Positions 12,290 through 29,870 of a stretch of DNA of 64,000 nt are shown in pieces. The notes under the pieces were generated by a model that worked only from the letters and a program-made list of their open reading frames with translations, was not told the DNA's origin and searched no databases. This DNA comes from Chiloscyllium plagiosum (Eukaryota), in contig NC_057718.1 of the NCBI RefSeq assembly GCF_004010195.1, positions 7,210,110-7,274,109 of the forward strand. Direction: 5' to 3'. Every line of letters starts with the position of its first letter. The first letter of the stretch is position 1. The position numbers and the translations under genes were made by a program.

Positions 12290-13275
12290 ATTGGAGTTCA
12301 GCAGGAGTCAGTGATGGGACACAACTATTCACGTTGTACATTAACGATCTGGACAAAGCGATTGAGGACTTTGTTGCTATGTTTGTAGGTGACACAAAGC
12401 TAGTTGGGTGGGTCAGGTAGTATTGATGAAGTGAGGAGGCTGTAGAAGGACTAAGACAGGCCAGGAGAGTGGGCAAAGAAGTGGCAGATGGAATACAATA
12501 TGGAAAAGTGAGGTTATGCACTTTGGGAGGAAGAGTAGAGGTGCAGACTATTTTCTAAATGGGCAAAGGCTTCAGAAATCTGAAACTCAAAGGATATTAA
12601 AAGTCATAGTTCAGGATTCTCATACTGTTAACATGCAGGTTCAGTTGGCAGTTAGCAAGGCAAATCAATGTTCATATTCATTTCTAGAGGGCTAGAAAAC
12701 AAGAGCTGAGATGTACTGCTGAGGCTGTAGAAGGCTCTGTACAGATCACATTTGGAATATTGTGAACGGTTTGAGCTCCACATCTAAAGAAATATGTGCT
12801 GGCGTTGGAGAAGATCCAGAGGAGGTTTAAAAAAATGACCCCGGGGATGAAGGGCTTATATGAGGAATGATTGAAGACTCTGCGTGTATACTCAATGGAG
12901 TTTAGAAGGATGATGGGTATTTCATTGAAACTTATAGAATACTCAGAGGCAGGGATAGAATGGACGTGGGGAAGATGTTTCCACTAGTAGGGGAGATGAG
13001 GCACAATGTCACAGTGAAGAGACAACCCTTTAGAACTGAAATGAGGAGGAATCTGTTTAGCCAGAGAGTGGTGAATCTGTGGAACTCATTGCTGGAGAAG
13101 GCGGGTGAGGCCAAGCCATTGAGTATATTTAAGACAGATAGGTTCTTAATTAATAAGAGGATCAAGGGTTCCAGGGAAAAGGCAGTAGAATGGGGTTGAG
13201 ATACATATCAGCCATGATCATGGTGCAGCAGACTCGATGGGTTGGAACCTAATTATGCTCCTATATCTAATGGTT
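12290..13275 (+). mobile_element. CR1-clade LINE, decayed RT 3' portion
   Basis: GVQQESVMGTQLFTLYINDLD..FVGDTKL remnant, followed by FRTEMRRNLFSQRVVNLWNSL and the tail. Confidence 0.85.
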
Positions 13276-13432
13276 TGCAGTTAGAACAGTCTACTCTGTT
13301 TTGATCTCTGCTTGTTTAATCCTTTACAGTGACTCAATTCCAGCTTTTGTCAGGTTATGGAACGCAAATTTGGTTTGTTACTCTTTGCCATTGTGGCTGC
13401 AGCAGGAGTATTAAACAAGGGAGTGTTCCTGA

Positions 13433-13576
<144 letters not shown>

Positions 13577-14449
13577 TAATGTCTGAAGCCTAATTTGTCA
13601 GAACAGACTATGAGGTATAATGACATTGAGGGATGTCAAATAAACGCCTTATTACCATCCAGACCATCCTCTTCCAAATATAGTCAGTGGGTAGATAATG
13701 GGTGACCTGTTGGACTTTGCCTATTGTATGCATTTTCCAGTGTCAAAATTTAGCTCACATTCCAAAGCATTTTGTTTGTTGAAAATCCAGGTGACAAAAG
13801 CAGGTATATATGTACATTATGTCAAGGTCTTTTAGACTAGATAAGGATTCATAATCATGAATGCCAGCCTGGGTTTGAAGGCTGCAAGATGCACGAAAGT
13901 TTGAAGTGTTCTACTGTTTTGGAAAGTTCTGAGAAGATTGAGAGTAGAGTAGGAGCTGATTTTCCAATCTTGTTTTCCATATCTGTCCTTCACGTGCCTC
14001 CTCTATGATACCTCATGGTGTTCCTAATAATCCACCCTGTCCACTGAGATTTGAAAGTCAGATCTGGGATGAGTAGAAAACAATCTAGCTCCATCTCTGG
14101 AAACAGTCAAGGTAGAGTCAATGGCAAGGACATTGTTCCTAGTGAAAAGAATGGGCTTTAGATACTTCGGTACCCTGCTGAAGGTAATTCTGCTGGTTCT
14201 TATCAGATAATCTGATATCACAAAAATAGTCATAGGACTTTGGGAAGAGAAGAGCTTGGTGTCATCAATGCACAGTTAAAGGTGATCCCATATCTGAAAG
14301 TGTCAGTAAATTCCAACAGAACTGTCTAGAAAAGCACCTTAACTTCATCTTCATAATCTACAGATTAAGGTTAGCAGCATCAGTTGATTCCTTGGCTAAC
14401 CTTGTCCTTCTAAACTCTATGTGTTAATGTCCGGTCACCTAGATTTTCA

Positions 14450-14657
14450 GTAATGAAAAGGGTGGCGCTGGAAAAGCACAGCAGGTCAGGAAGCATCCAA
14501 AGGAGCAGGAAAGTCATGTTTCGGGCATAAGGCATGTGGCATTCTTGATGAAGAGCCTATGCCCGAAACGTTGACTCTGCTGCCTGACCTGCTGCGTGTT
14601 TCCAGCACCACACTTTTCGAAATTGATCTCCACCATCTGCAGTCCTCATTTTCTCTG
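14450..14657. mobile_element. Hairpin-type Penelope pseudo-LTR insertion (family A)
   Basis: Inverted arms GCTGGAAAAGCACAGCAGGTCAGG / CCTGACCTGCTGCGTGTTTCCAGC; degenerate hammerhead TTGATGA..GCCCGAAACGTT; AGATTTTCA duplicated at 14441-14449 and 14658-14666. Confidence 0.75.
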
Positions 14658-15562
14658 AGATTTTCAATGAAGGGAATACCAGGTCCTACCCCCAACTCTC
14701 AGCTTCTCCAATAAAATGAAAATACTGCAGATACTGAAAATCTGAAATCAAAACAGAAAAATGCTGGAGAAATTCAGTGGGCCTTGTAGCACCTTTGAAG
14801 AGAGCACAAATTTCAAATCCGTTATGATGATTTCAGAACTGAATGGGCTCAAAGATAATGGTTTTTATTTTCCATCTCCTCCACTGACAATAGTGTAAAA
14901 AATCTTATTTACAGCCTCCTGCAGTCCCGAGGAAGAGTCTTTGGATTGAAAGGTTAACTTCGTTTCTCTTTCCACAGATTCTGCTGAGACCTGCTGATTT
15001 TTCTCCAGCATTTTCTCTTTGTACCTCATCTTCACTGAGCACTACAGAGCACTTTGTCTTTTCTTTGTCAGTCAGCTCAGAACTAAGTGCTGGTTTTGCA
15101 CCATGGTTCACTCTTGCTCCCTTGTTACACCGCTTCTGCTGAAGCCCTTTCCCACATCTGGGTCACCACTGGACTTGATCTTTCCAATGCTGTACTCATA
15201 GGCGCCCAGTACTTGACCTGTACAAACTGTCAGCTGATCCAAAGCTTCGCTAACTGCCTTTGTACTGTGAAAAGTGGTTCTTTGCCTCTGTCAGTCTATG
15301 CATTCTGATTGTGGCAGAATGTTAACACACTTGAGACTCTGATGGATGCAGGGAAATGGAACAGGAAAGGGGTATACAGCAGTAAGCAGAACACACCTGG
15401 AATCCTCTTGTAGGCAAAGCAAAAATTGGAGGGCCATTCTGCGTTGCATTTAGATCCTGTATCACTTCTTCAAGATTGCTGATCTTGTATATGGTGGAGT
15501 GTGACTATTTTTGAATCACTATGGCCTTTCCTAGTTTCCTGTGTTCCAAGCTCACGTTCTGA

Positions 15563-19559
<3,997 letters not shown>

Positions 19560-20513
19560 TAATGCTGTTAATCACTTCCAAGAAGCTTTCTATCAATGCT
19601 TTGTGTTCCAGCACATAGCTAAGGAAGCTAGCAGTGACAAGGATTTCTGTGGTTTCTAGTAGTCTTAAGACTGAAGCATTGCATAGAGACATGCAAACCC
19701 ACAACTTCAACATTAGTCTGGCTCATGGGTATGGATAATTCTCTCATGAATCTGAAAGGGTTAATTTGCGAGGACCTGGCGTTGTTCCCTGTGTATGGAA
19801 GCTTAGGGTTTTTTTTCATTCATTCATGAGGTGAAGGCGTCACTGGCTAGGGCACCATTTACTGCCCATCCCTAATTGCCCAGAGGGTAGTTAAGAGTCA
19901 CCTACATTATTTTGGATCTGGAGTCACATGTAGGCCAGACCATGTAAGGATGGCAGTTTCATTCGTGAACATTATAGAGTCATAGAGATGTACGGCGTGG
20001 AAACAGACACTTTGGTCCAACTTGTCCATGCTGACCAGATATCCCAACCCAATCTAGTCCCACCTGGCTCATATCCCTTCAAACCCTTCCTATACATATA
20101 CCCATCCAGATGCATTTTAAATGTTGCAATTATACCAGCCTCCACCACTTCCTCTGGCAACTCATTCCATACATGTCGCATGAACCCAGTTTTTATACTT
20201 AACATGAATGATCATTTATTTTAAATAAATAGACTAGCTACAGGTAAACAATTATTAATCATCAGTATATAACTGAGTTAAAATTCTAACACTATTATAA
20301 ATTCCTCCCAATACCTACATGCAGACCGATATAGATAGACACAAAACAAAACATGACTAGTGAACAAGCTGGGTCTTTCTGACAATTGGCAGTGGGTCTG
20401 TGACCATCATAGGACTCCTAATTTTGGATTTTTATTGAATTCGCCTTCCATCATCTGTCGTGACGGGAATTGAACCCAAGTCCCCAGAACACTACCTGGG
20501 TCTCTGGATTAAT

Positions 20514-20611
20514 TCCTCATTCCTGATGAAGGGCTTTTGCCCGAAACATTGGTTTCCTGCTCCTCGGATGCTGCCTGACCTGTTGTGCTTTTCCAGCACC
20601 AGTCTAACCTT
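20514..20611 (+). mobile_element. Solo Penelope pseudo-LTR (family A) inserted in a SINE
   Basis: CTGATGAAGGGCTTTTGCCCGAAACATT; 14-bp TSD GTCTCTGGATTAAT at 20500-20513 and 20612-20625. Confidence 0.8.
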
Positions 20612-20950
20612 GTCTCTGGATTAATAGTCTAGCAATAATACCACGAGGCCGTTGCCTCCCTGAGAGTTGTACTGTTTACAATGTTTGCACCGTTAAATGT
20701 TTATAATGAGTTGATGGGGTAGATGGAAACTATTCCCTGTGGTGGGGGATATCAGAATAAGGGATAGGTAGTTTAAAATTGGAGGGGCAGGCCATTCAAG
20801 GGGAACACAAAGGGTGGAGGAGAGCTGGTGTACTCTTTCCCCCAAAGCTGTCGAGGTTGGAAAGTGAAATTGATAGATTTGTGCTGAGCAAGGGTTTTAC
20901 AGTTTAAGGGGACCAAGGCTGATGAATGAAGATACAGATCAGCCACAATC

Positions 20951-23792
20951 ACCGCCTTCCTAACCTGAGATCTTCTTCCCGACCTCTCCGCCCCCACCCC
21001 AGTCTGACCTATCAACCACAACAAAACGACGGTTGGAGGAAGAACGCCTCATCTTCCGGCTAGGAACCCTCCAACCACAAGGGATGAACTCGGATTTCAC
21101 CAGTTTCCTCATTTCCCCTCCCCCCACCCTGTCTCAGTCAAATCCATCAAATTCAGCACCACCTTCCTAACCTGCAATCTTCTTCCCGACCTCCCCGCCC
21201 CCACCCCAGTCTGACCTATCACCCTCACCTTGACCTCTTTCCACCTATCACATTTCCGACGCCCCTCCCCCAAGTCCCTCCTTCTAACCTCAGACATGGA
21301 GAATGTTTGGCCAGTAACTTCAAGTCTCTCTTTGTTTTTCTCTCTTATATTCCTGGTTCAGGATAAGTGTGGTCTTTCTACATGCAACACTCACCATGTT
21401 TTGGCCATGTCACCATCTGATCTACTGTTCATTGTTTTTTATGTTATATTTTGCAGATTTGCATATTGTTATTATCATCAATCATGTTTCCTGGGCATCA
21501 CTCCTGCTTGTAGTGTAATCTACATTCTCAGTCACTTGACCATTGACTTGGACCCAACCAGGACAACCAGTACCTACAACAAATCCGAAGCCTCCAGCAA
21601 CAGATGTCCCTCCGGATCCTCCGCTCCACGCTTGCAGCCATGCGCCGCTATCTACATTCCCTGCAACTCGACCTACCCCAGCTCAGGACAATACTCTCAC
21701 AGACCTGTAAAGGACCTCTAAAGTTCTTCATCCACAGAAGGATCCATAAACTAAACAAACAGTTCTTCCTGGCTATATCGGAAATCAAAGACAGTAAGTA
21801 CCAAAAACTTTCATGTACTTACCCCCACACTCCGGATTCCTCAACTGTTCCAGAATCTTCCATTGGCCTCCGAAATCAGTCTGGCGCCATTACACACGCG
21901 GCCGCTACATCGCCCGATGCAATACCTGCCGCCGCCGATGACGTCACCTCCGCCCCCACCGACCTCGCAGCCTCCGCGATCGCCGCCCAAACAACCGCCT
22001 CCGCGATCGCCACCCAGACAACCGCCTCCGCGATCGCCATGAAGACAATCGCCGGCAGATTCGCGACCTCCACGGCTATGGGGAATAACTCTGTCTCTGC
22101 GGTCGCCGCAGCCACTTCCGCCCCCACTGACGTCACTAACCTACACGCCCACAACGCCGCATGTGTCTCCGCCCCCACGCCGATCTCCACGCCTAACCCA
22201 GCCCCTTCGCCGATCTCCGACTGCATGCCTCACCATGGACATCCAGTCCCTGTACACCTCCATCCCCCATCCCACGAAGGACTCAAAGCCCTCCGCTTCT
22301 TTCTTTCCCGCCGTACCGACCAGTACCCTTCCACTGACACCCTCCTTCGGCTGACTGAACTGGTCCTCACCCTGAACAACTTCTCCTTCCAATCCTCCAA
22401 ACGAAAGGAGTAGCCATGGGCACCCGCATGGGCCCCAGCTATGCCTGCCTCTTCGTAGGATATGTGGAACAATCCATCTTCCGCAACTACACTGGCCCCA
22501 ACCCCCACCTTTTCCTCCGCTACATCGATGACTATATCGGCGCCGCCTCGTGCTCCCACGAGGAGGTTGAACAGTTCATCCACTTCACCAAAACCTTCCA
22601 CCCCGACCTCAAATTCACCAGGACAGTCTCAGATTCCTCCCTCCCCTCCCTCGACCTTTCTATTTCTATCTCAGGCGACCAAATCAACACGGACATCTAC
22701 TANNNNNNNNNNNNNNNNNNNNNNNNNNNNNNNNNNNNNNNNNNNNNNNNNNNNNNNNNNNNNNNNNNNNNNNNNNNNNNNNNNNNNNNNNNNNNNNNNN
22801 NNNNNNNNNNNNNNNNNNNNNNNNNNNNNNNNNNNNNNNNNNNNNNNNNNNNNNNNNNNNNNNNNNNNNNNNNNNNNNNNNNNNNNNNNNNNNNNNNNNN
22901 NNNNNNNNNNNNNNNNNNNNNNNNNNNNNNNNNNNNNNNNNNNNNNNNNNNNNNNNNNNNNNNNNNNNNNNNNNNNNNNNNNNNNNNNNNNNNNNNNNNN
23001 NNNNNNNNNNNNNNNNNNNNNNNNNNNNNNNNNNNNNNNNNNNNNNNNNNNNNNNNNNNNNNNNNNNNNNNNNNNNNNNNNNNNNNNNNNNNNNNNNNNN
23101 NNNNNNNNNNNNNNNNNNNNNNNNNNNNNNNNNNNNNNNNNNNNNNNNNNNNNNNNNNNNNNNNNNNNNNNNNNNNNNNNNNNNNNNNNNNNNNNNNNNN
23201 NNNNNNNNNNNNNNNNNNNNNNNNNNNNNNNNNNNNNNNNNNNNNNNNNNNNNNNNNNNNNNNNNNNNNNNNNNNNNNNNNNNNNNNNNNNNNNNNNNNN
23301 NNNNNNNNNNNNNNNNNNNNNNNNNNNNNNNNNNNNNNNNNNNNNNNNNNNNNNNNNNNNNNNNNNNNNNNNNNNNNNNNNNNNNNNNNNNNNNNNNNNN
23401 NNNNNNNNNNNNNNNNNNNNNNNNNNNNNNNNNNNNNNNNNNNNNNNNNNNNNNNNNNNNNNNNNNNNNNNNNNNNNNNNNNNNNNNNNNNNNNNNNNNN
23501 NNNNNNNNNNNNNNNNNNNNNNNNNNNNNNNNNNNNNNNNNNNNNNNNNNNNNNNNNNNNNNNNNNNNNNNNNNNNNNNNNNNNNNNNNNNNNNNNNNNN
23601 NNNNNNNNNNNNNNNNNNNNNNNNNNNNNNNNNNNNNNNNNNNNNNNNNNNNNNNNNNNNNNNNNNNNNNNNNNNNNNNNNNNNNNNNNNNNACGTCGAT
23701 TCTCCTGTTCCCTGGATGCTGCCTGACCTGCTGCGCTTTTCCAGCAACACATTTCCAGCTCTGATCTCCAGCATCTGCAGACCTCACTTTCT
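20951..23792 (+). mobile_element. Penelope-like retroelement (probably Neptune-type), rearranged and non-functional, spanning an N gap
   Basis: Endonuclease C-terminus RRLEEERLIFRLGTLQPQGMN (~21027); N-terminal ORF; RT motifs TMDIQSLYTSIP, GVAMGTRMGPSYACLFVG and RYIDD; pseudo-LTR tail after the gap; CCACAATC duplicated at 20943-20950 and 23793-23800 inside a CR1 tail. Confidence 0.88.
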
Positions 23793-25804
23793 CCACAATC
23801 TAATTGAGTCTCGAATTAAGACATGAGAGACTGAATGGTCACTTCATGTTTGTGTGTTCCTTGACTCTGTAAGTGCAAACATTACAGCTGTTTGTGAATG
23901 AGCACCTAACTGCCTTTCATTGGGACTATGTATTTTTCTTGGTTTACAGTTTTGTTTTAAAATGGCTAGCCTGTAATGACCAGTGAAGTTAGGAGGACAA
24001 GTTGAATTTTGTAGAAGCTTTTCCAAATCCAAAGTGTACATTCTGCAATTGTGCTACACATTGACTGGGCTAAGTTGATGCTGAGTTCAATGGAAAGAAC
24101 ATCAATATATGAAACCGGTCTTGTAAAATAGGTAAAAACTAGACATGGTTGATAAACTGCTAGAGGAGTCATACATGTCATTTCAGTCTGTCAACGACAA
24201 TGCATTACAGAGATGCCAAGAGTGAAATATTGCTGAAATTGAGGGAATGAAGAGGGTGTTTGGTTGACAAAACAGGCAGAAAAAGTGAGGAGACGGTTCA
24301 TATCTAAAAAAGAAACTCCTGAGAGATGACCTGATGTGGTGAGGGGTTAAGATTGTGGAAAGGTTGATTGGGGAGATGTGGAGCAGATGTTTCTACCTTA
24401 TTGCTGTTTCTTCACTGTCGCTGGGCCAAAATCCTGGATTTCCCAGAATTGTGGGTGTACCTACGTCAAATAGACTGCAGCTGCTGAAGAAGGCAGCTCA
24501 CCACAAACCTCCTAACTGCTGACCTAGTCAGTAATGGCATCTCCTGTAATGAATAAACACACTTGTGGTGGAGAATCTAAAACTAGGAATTGTCAGTGTA
24601 TGATGTGAAACCTACTACTACGTGATGTTGATGGAATTAAAGAGAAGCTGGTCAAACATGAGAGTGAAAAAAAGGGAAGGATATTATGATATGATAATAG
24701 GAAGATGTGGGAGAGGCATTTAGAAAAACCTCATATGGAGCGTTTGATTTTGTAGCGTGGATATGTAATAGGAGTAGCTGAAGAATTCCCATGTGACTGT
24801 TTTATCCTTGTATTTTGTTGTGCTCAACCTTCCTGCTGGGCCAGGTACAACATAGCTCTCCTCTTTGCTTGCAGCACAGTATCAATTCTGGCTGTTGGCT
24901 ATATGTATGAACAAACGTATATCGCTTTTGGTTCTTTAGTCAATAGCTGTAAATCTCCACCCTCTGGATCCTGTCGTTTGGGAGTGAATTATTTTTGTTT
25001 ACTCTGTCCATACCCTTCATGATTTGCACACCTAAGTCAAGTCCCAACTCTCCTTCCCCAAATTTGGGCTTTTTTCCATCTATCCATATCCTGAAGTCTT
25101 TCATCTCTGAAGCCATTTCTCTGTTGACCCTGTCCAAAGCCTTCATATCCTACCTTGAGCGCAGTGCCCAGAGTGAACCAAATACATGTTTTAGGGTGGG
25201 TTGGAGGAGTCAAAACAGCCAAGAAGAGGAAAGAAAATGCATCAAATAAAAATACATTTTGTATTTCTGATTTTGTAAAGAGCGACTCCTCATGGACTGC
25301 AGGTTGACCACTGCGACTGTATGATTTCTTAACAGATGATCCATCGCTTCCTGTTACACACTTCCTCGTGCCTCAGTTCCGGCCTGTCCCTGTCTGTGGC
25401 TTTGGAAGTTCCCTCACTCCCTGTGCTGGCTTAATTCCACGCTTGTCCTTGGCTACGTTCATCCTCAACGTCCCCCAATGATTTCACTGCGCTGACCTGC
25501 TACGTGCTGTGTACTGTTTTAATTAATCTTGGATTGACAGCTTTCGCTGCCCCTGGGAAAGATTGTTTCCTGTGCCTTATGCTGACTTCTGCAGAGTGCA
25601 GAGCCAGAAGTGATATGTCTGGTTCTTCTGCGTGTTTTCTAAAAATGGATTTTAAATAATATTGAGTTTGTGCATGTCAGTAGGGAATGCCTGAGCAATA
25701 TATTTTGTAAAGCAATTCAAAATTGTATTAGCATTATTAGGTTAGACATAGAGCTCGCCTATCTCCATACTCCTCCATTGGAGGTTAAGAATCCCACTGG
25801 TCTA

Positions 25805-25964
25805 CAAAGGAACTTCGATTATCCAGCATTCAACTATTCGAATATTGGATTATCTGGAAAGATCACAAGGTCCCAATGCATGGCTAAACAATGTTGTCCG
25901 GGGCATTCGATTATCTGAACAAAATACTCCCTGTCCATGTTATTTGGATAATCAAGGTTCCCTG
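25805..25964. mobile_element. Tc1/mariner (Tigger/pogo-like) MITE
   Basis: Terminal inverted repeats CAAAGGAACTTCGATTATCCA / TGGATAATCAAGGTTCCCTG flanked by TA on both sides; internal TTCGATTATC repeat. Confidence 0.75.
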
Positions 25965-26919
25965 TACTTTTAAGATAGAAGTTTATGGATTCTTGATTAC
26001 CAAGAGGTGAAAGATTAATAAGGATATGCATATATGTGGAGCTGAAGTTCAAATCAGATTAACCAATGATCTTGTTGAACAGAAGAACAGGCTCAAGGGG
26101 CCAAGTGGCCTCCTGTTGTTCCTTCCTTATCTGTCCTTTTGTGCAGTGGCATTGTCAATGCGCTCATGAAAAATTCCTATTCCAACTATTGCTAGCAATA
26201 TCTAGAACGTGGCTTTGTTAAGAACATGGAGCAGAGGCATTCTTCACAAAATTCAGCTGGGACATTGAAGGTGGATATTTGGGTTTGATTATTTGGATAG
26301 AAATAATGTGCAAGGATATGGGGGGAAAATGATTGGCACCAATTAATGATCGTCATTTGAAGAACTGATGCAAACACAATGAGCTGAATAGCCTCCTTCT
26401 ACACCATACATTGTGACTGTGAGGTGTTTCACCAGTGTCTATCTTGGCTTATGTGATAGCCTTTCTAATATTTGGGAGTCTTTATCACTAACCCAATCTG
26501 TTAGGGGACAAAGTTGGAAACAGTGTTAGGACTTCATGTACTGACTGAGAATTTGGGGTATCTTTTCATTTTCAAAAAAAGACACTTGAGAAAACTTCAG
26601 GTCATTTAGCCAATCTGACTAACAGTCTAACTTTCAATAATTGGAGCACGAGAAAGCAAGACAGCTCATTTGCCATTCAGTAGTGTTGTGGCTGATCTCC
26701 CACAGCTTCACTTTTCTGTACTGTTCCTTCTTTGATTCACTTAGTGCCCAAAAGTCCACAGCTGATAAGTCTTCAATACTGAAAGTACCAAGCAACCATA
26801 ACCTCGATGGTACACTCTACTCCCATCAATCTACTCCCATCCCCACCGTGTACCAGCACTTGCTAAGCGCCAGGTTGATTGCTTGAGGGATATAGGTGCA
26901 GAAATAAGAATTTACTTTA

Positions 26920-27930
26920 TTTGCTGAGGGGATGTGGGCATTGCTGTCTGTATTTATTGCCCATCCTTGTATTCTCATGCGCTGCCTTCTTGAAATGTTG
27001 TAGTCCGTGTCCTCTGGTATGCCCATAGTACTGTTAGTGGGGGGTATTCCAGGATTTTAACTCAGCAGAACTGTTAAGGAGGCAATGTATTTCAGGATGG
27101 TGAGTGGCTTGGACAGGATCTTGGAGGTGGTGGGCGTTCCCATGTATCTACTGCTCTTCTCCTTCTAGATGGTATTTGTCATGGTTTGGAAAATGCTGTC
27201 TAAGAAACCTTGGTGAATTTCTGCTGTGCTTTTATAGCTGATACACACTGCTGCTGCTGAACGTCAGTGGTGGAGTGACTGAATGTTTAGGTTTGTGGAT
27301 ATGATGCCAATCATGCAGGCTGCTTTGTCCTGGATGGTGCCAAGCTCTTTAAATGTTGGAAGTGCTCTCATCCAGGAAAGCAGGAGGCATTCCATTAGAC
27401 TTTTAACTCTGCCTTTAGATGGCGGACAGGCTTTGGGAAGTCAGCAGGTGAATTATTTGTTGTAGGAGTCCTAGCATCTGACCTGCTCTTGTAGCCACTG
27501 CTGTGGAGGTACTGGTGTTGAACTGGAGTGGACAAAGTCAAAAATCACACAACACACAATTATACCTGTTGGACTTTAACCCAGTGTAATGTGACTTCTG
27601 TATTTATATGGTTAGTCGAGTTCCGTTTGTAGTCAGTGGTAATCCCCAGGATGTTATAGTATGGGATCTAATTATGTTAATGCATTGAATATCAAGGTGC
27701 AGTATTTGAATTGTCTCTTGTTAGGGATGATCATAGCCTGGCAATTGTGTGGTGCAAATGTTGTTTGCCACTTATCAGCCCAAGCGTAGATATTGTCCAG
27801 ATCTTGCTGCATTTGGGCATTTGCTTCAGTATCTGAGGAGTCACAAATGGTGCTGAACGTAGTGCAATCATCAGTGAATATCACCACTTCTTATGACGAT
27901 GGGAAGGTCATTGAGAAACAGTTGAAGATG
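26920..27930 (-). mobile_element. CR1/L2-group LINE 3' fragment
   Basis: IFTDDCTTFSTI..MQQDLDNIYAWADKWQTTFAPHNCQ RT remnant; same family as 36505-37430. Confidence 0.8.
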
Positions 27931-28877
27931 GTTGGAAATATAACATATTTGCAATTATGTTGCTGTTAAATTTAAAGCAATTTCCAAAGCGCTTCACAAA
28001 TAAAGAAAAAAAAATGGCCTGAGAAAAAGAAGGAAAGACTAAAGTGGCTTCCTATCGGAAGGATATTGTGAAACATGAAAGGGTTCAGAAAAGATGTACA
28101 TGGATGGTACTTGGATTGGGGGGTTTGAGCTATAGGGAGGGGTTGAATAGGCTAGGCGGTTTTCTGGATGGGTATATGAATAAGAAGGATTTGGAGGGAT
28201 ATTAGCGGGTGCTGGCAGGTGGGACAACATTGGGTTGGAATACATGGTTGGCATGAACGAGTTGGACCGAAGGGTCTGTTTCCGTGGTGTACATCTCTAT
28301 GACTCTAACCAAATGCTTGATCACTGAGGTGGGTTTTAAGATGGATCTAAGAGGTGAAAAAGTTTAGGGAGGAAATTTCAGAGTGTGGTCGAAGGCACAG
28401 TGTCACTTGTGGATTGCAGTAAACTGTGTATGTGCAAAAGGCCAGATACAAAGGTTTGGAGAGAGGTCTATGGTTGCTGCAGGTAAAGAGCAGGGAGCTG
28501 GCCAAGCTGTAGGACTAGGTGTGAACGAGTGCAGAAAGCAAAGTTTGGACTAATTCAGATTCAAGGAGGGTGAAGAAGGAGAGATCGATCAGGAAAGCAG
28601 CAGACTCTGGAGGTGAAAAACATCTGTTGGGGCAAATGGCAGCTAAATTTATTTGTAGTATGGAGGATATGAGGTCAGAGGCACAGCCACTTTTAGTTCT
28701 CTGGCTAAGTTATTGGAGATTCTGCAGATCTGTGGTTATTGCTGTCATGAGTCTGAAAATTCACTGTTTTATAATATTGACTGTTATGTTGTGTAGCAGA
28801 GACTTTACAGTATCGGTGTGCTTATGTTGTGCCTCATCTTAGCTTGTTGACTTTGTTAATGCACCAGCAATTTATGG

Positions 28878-29220
28878 CAGGGCAGCGGTGTCATGCTGAT
28901 GTTGCTAGGCTAGTAATCCAGAACACAAGGTTAATGTTCTGGGGGAATGAGTTCAAATCCCGCCATGGCAGACGGTGAAATGTAAATTCAAATAAAACAA
29001 AATCTGGAATGGAAAGGTAGCCTGAAGGCAACCATGTCATAAAAACCGCTTGTCATAAAAGTCCATCTGGTTTGCTTTAGGGAAGGAAATCTGCTGCCCT
29101 TACTTGGTCCAGCCTGTATGTGACTCCAGACCACAGCAATGTGGTTGACTCTTAACTGCCCTCTGGGATGAATGATAAATGCTGACCGAGCCAGAGATGT
29201 CCACAATTTGTCAATGAATT
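28878..29220 (+). mobile_element. Second tRNA-derived SINE family (SacSINE1-like, tentative)
   Basis: B-box GTTCAAATCCC and body AGGGAAGGAAATCTGC..GTGACTCCAGAC..GCAATGTGGTTGACTC; related copies near 19815, 20360, 31375, 35420, 57790, 58074 and 59716. Confidence 0.65.
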
Positions 29221-29582
29221 TTGTAAAAATCTGCTTAGTCCTGAGATGGAGTGAAATGAGACTGTCATAAATTTACTACATCTGGCTTTCAAAAGATGTC
29301 ACAACATACACCCAATTGTCACAACTTATTGAGGTAGCACATTGGAACTCAAGCCTCACTGTACCAGGAGTCATCACCCAAAGTTAAAGATTTACAAAAT
29401 AGATGCTCAATATTCTTCAGTGTACCTGATTTTCAGATCCAGAAGTTTCAGTACTGAGCCAGTGTCACTCTTTATTACAAGTAATTAAACTTTACCTAGA
29501 GGTACACAGTTATAAACTGACAGCATATAATACTTACAATTAAAACTCTAATCTGCTTTTATCATGATTTTGTACACTCTAT

Positions 29583-29870
29583 ACGGCAGCACAGTGGCTC
29601 ACAGTGCCAGGGACCTAGGTTCAGTTCCATCCTTTGGTGACTGTATGGAGTTTGCACATTCTCCCCGTGTCTGCGTGGGTTTTCTCTGGGTGCTCTGGCT
29701 TCCTCCCACAGTCCAAAGATGCGCAGGTTAAGTTGATTGACCATGCTAAATGCAAGGTTACAGGGATCGGGTAGGGAGATGGGTCTGGGTGGGATGCTCT
29801 TCAGAAGGTCAGTGTGGACTTGATGGGCTGGATGGCCTGTTTCCACAGTTTAGAGATTCTGTGATTCTAT
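29583..29870 (+). mobile_element. V-SINE (HE1-like), internally deleted head
   Basis: V-domain GGAGTTTGCACATTCTCCCCGTGTCTGCGTGGGTTT. Confidence 0.8.

Noticed and set aside
21440..21460. TTTTGCAG as acceptor of a retained Penelope intron or cryptic ADAT2 exon
   Set aside because: No convincing matching donor or reading frame could be identified by eye.
22462..23826. Long ORFs across the second gap
   Set aside because: Mostly N. Only the frame starting at 22416 has real (Penelope RT) sequence.
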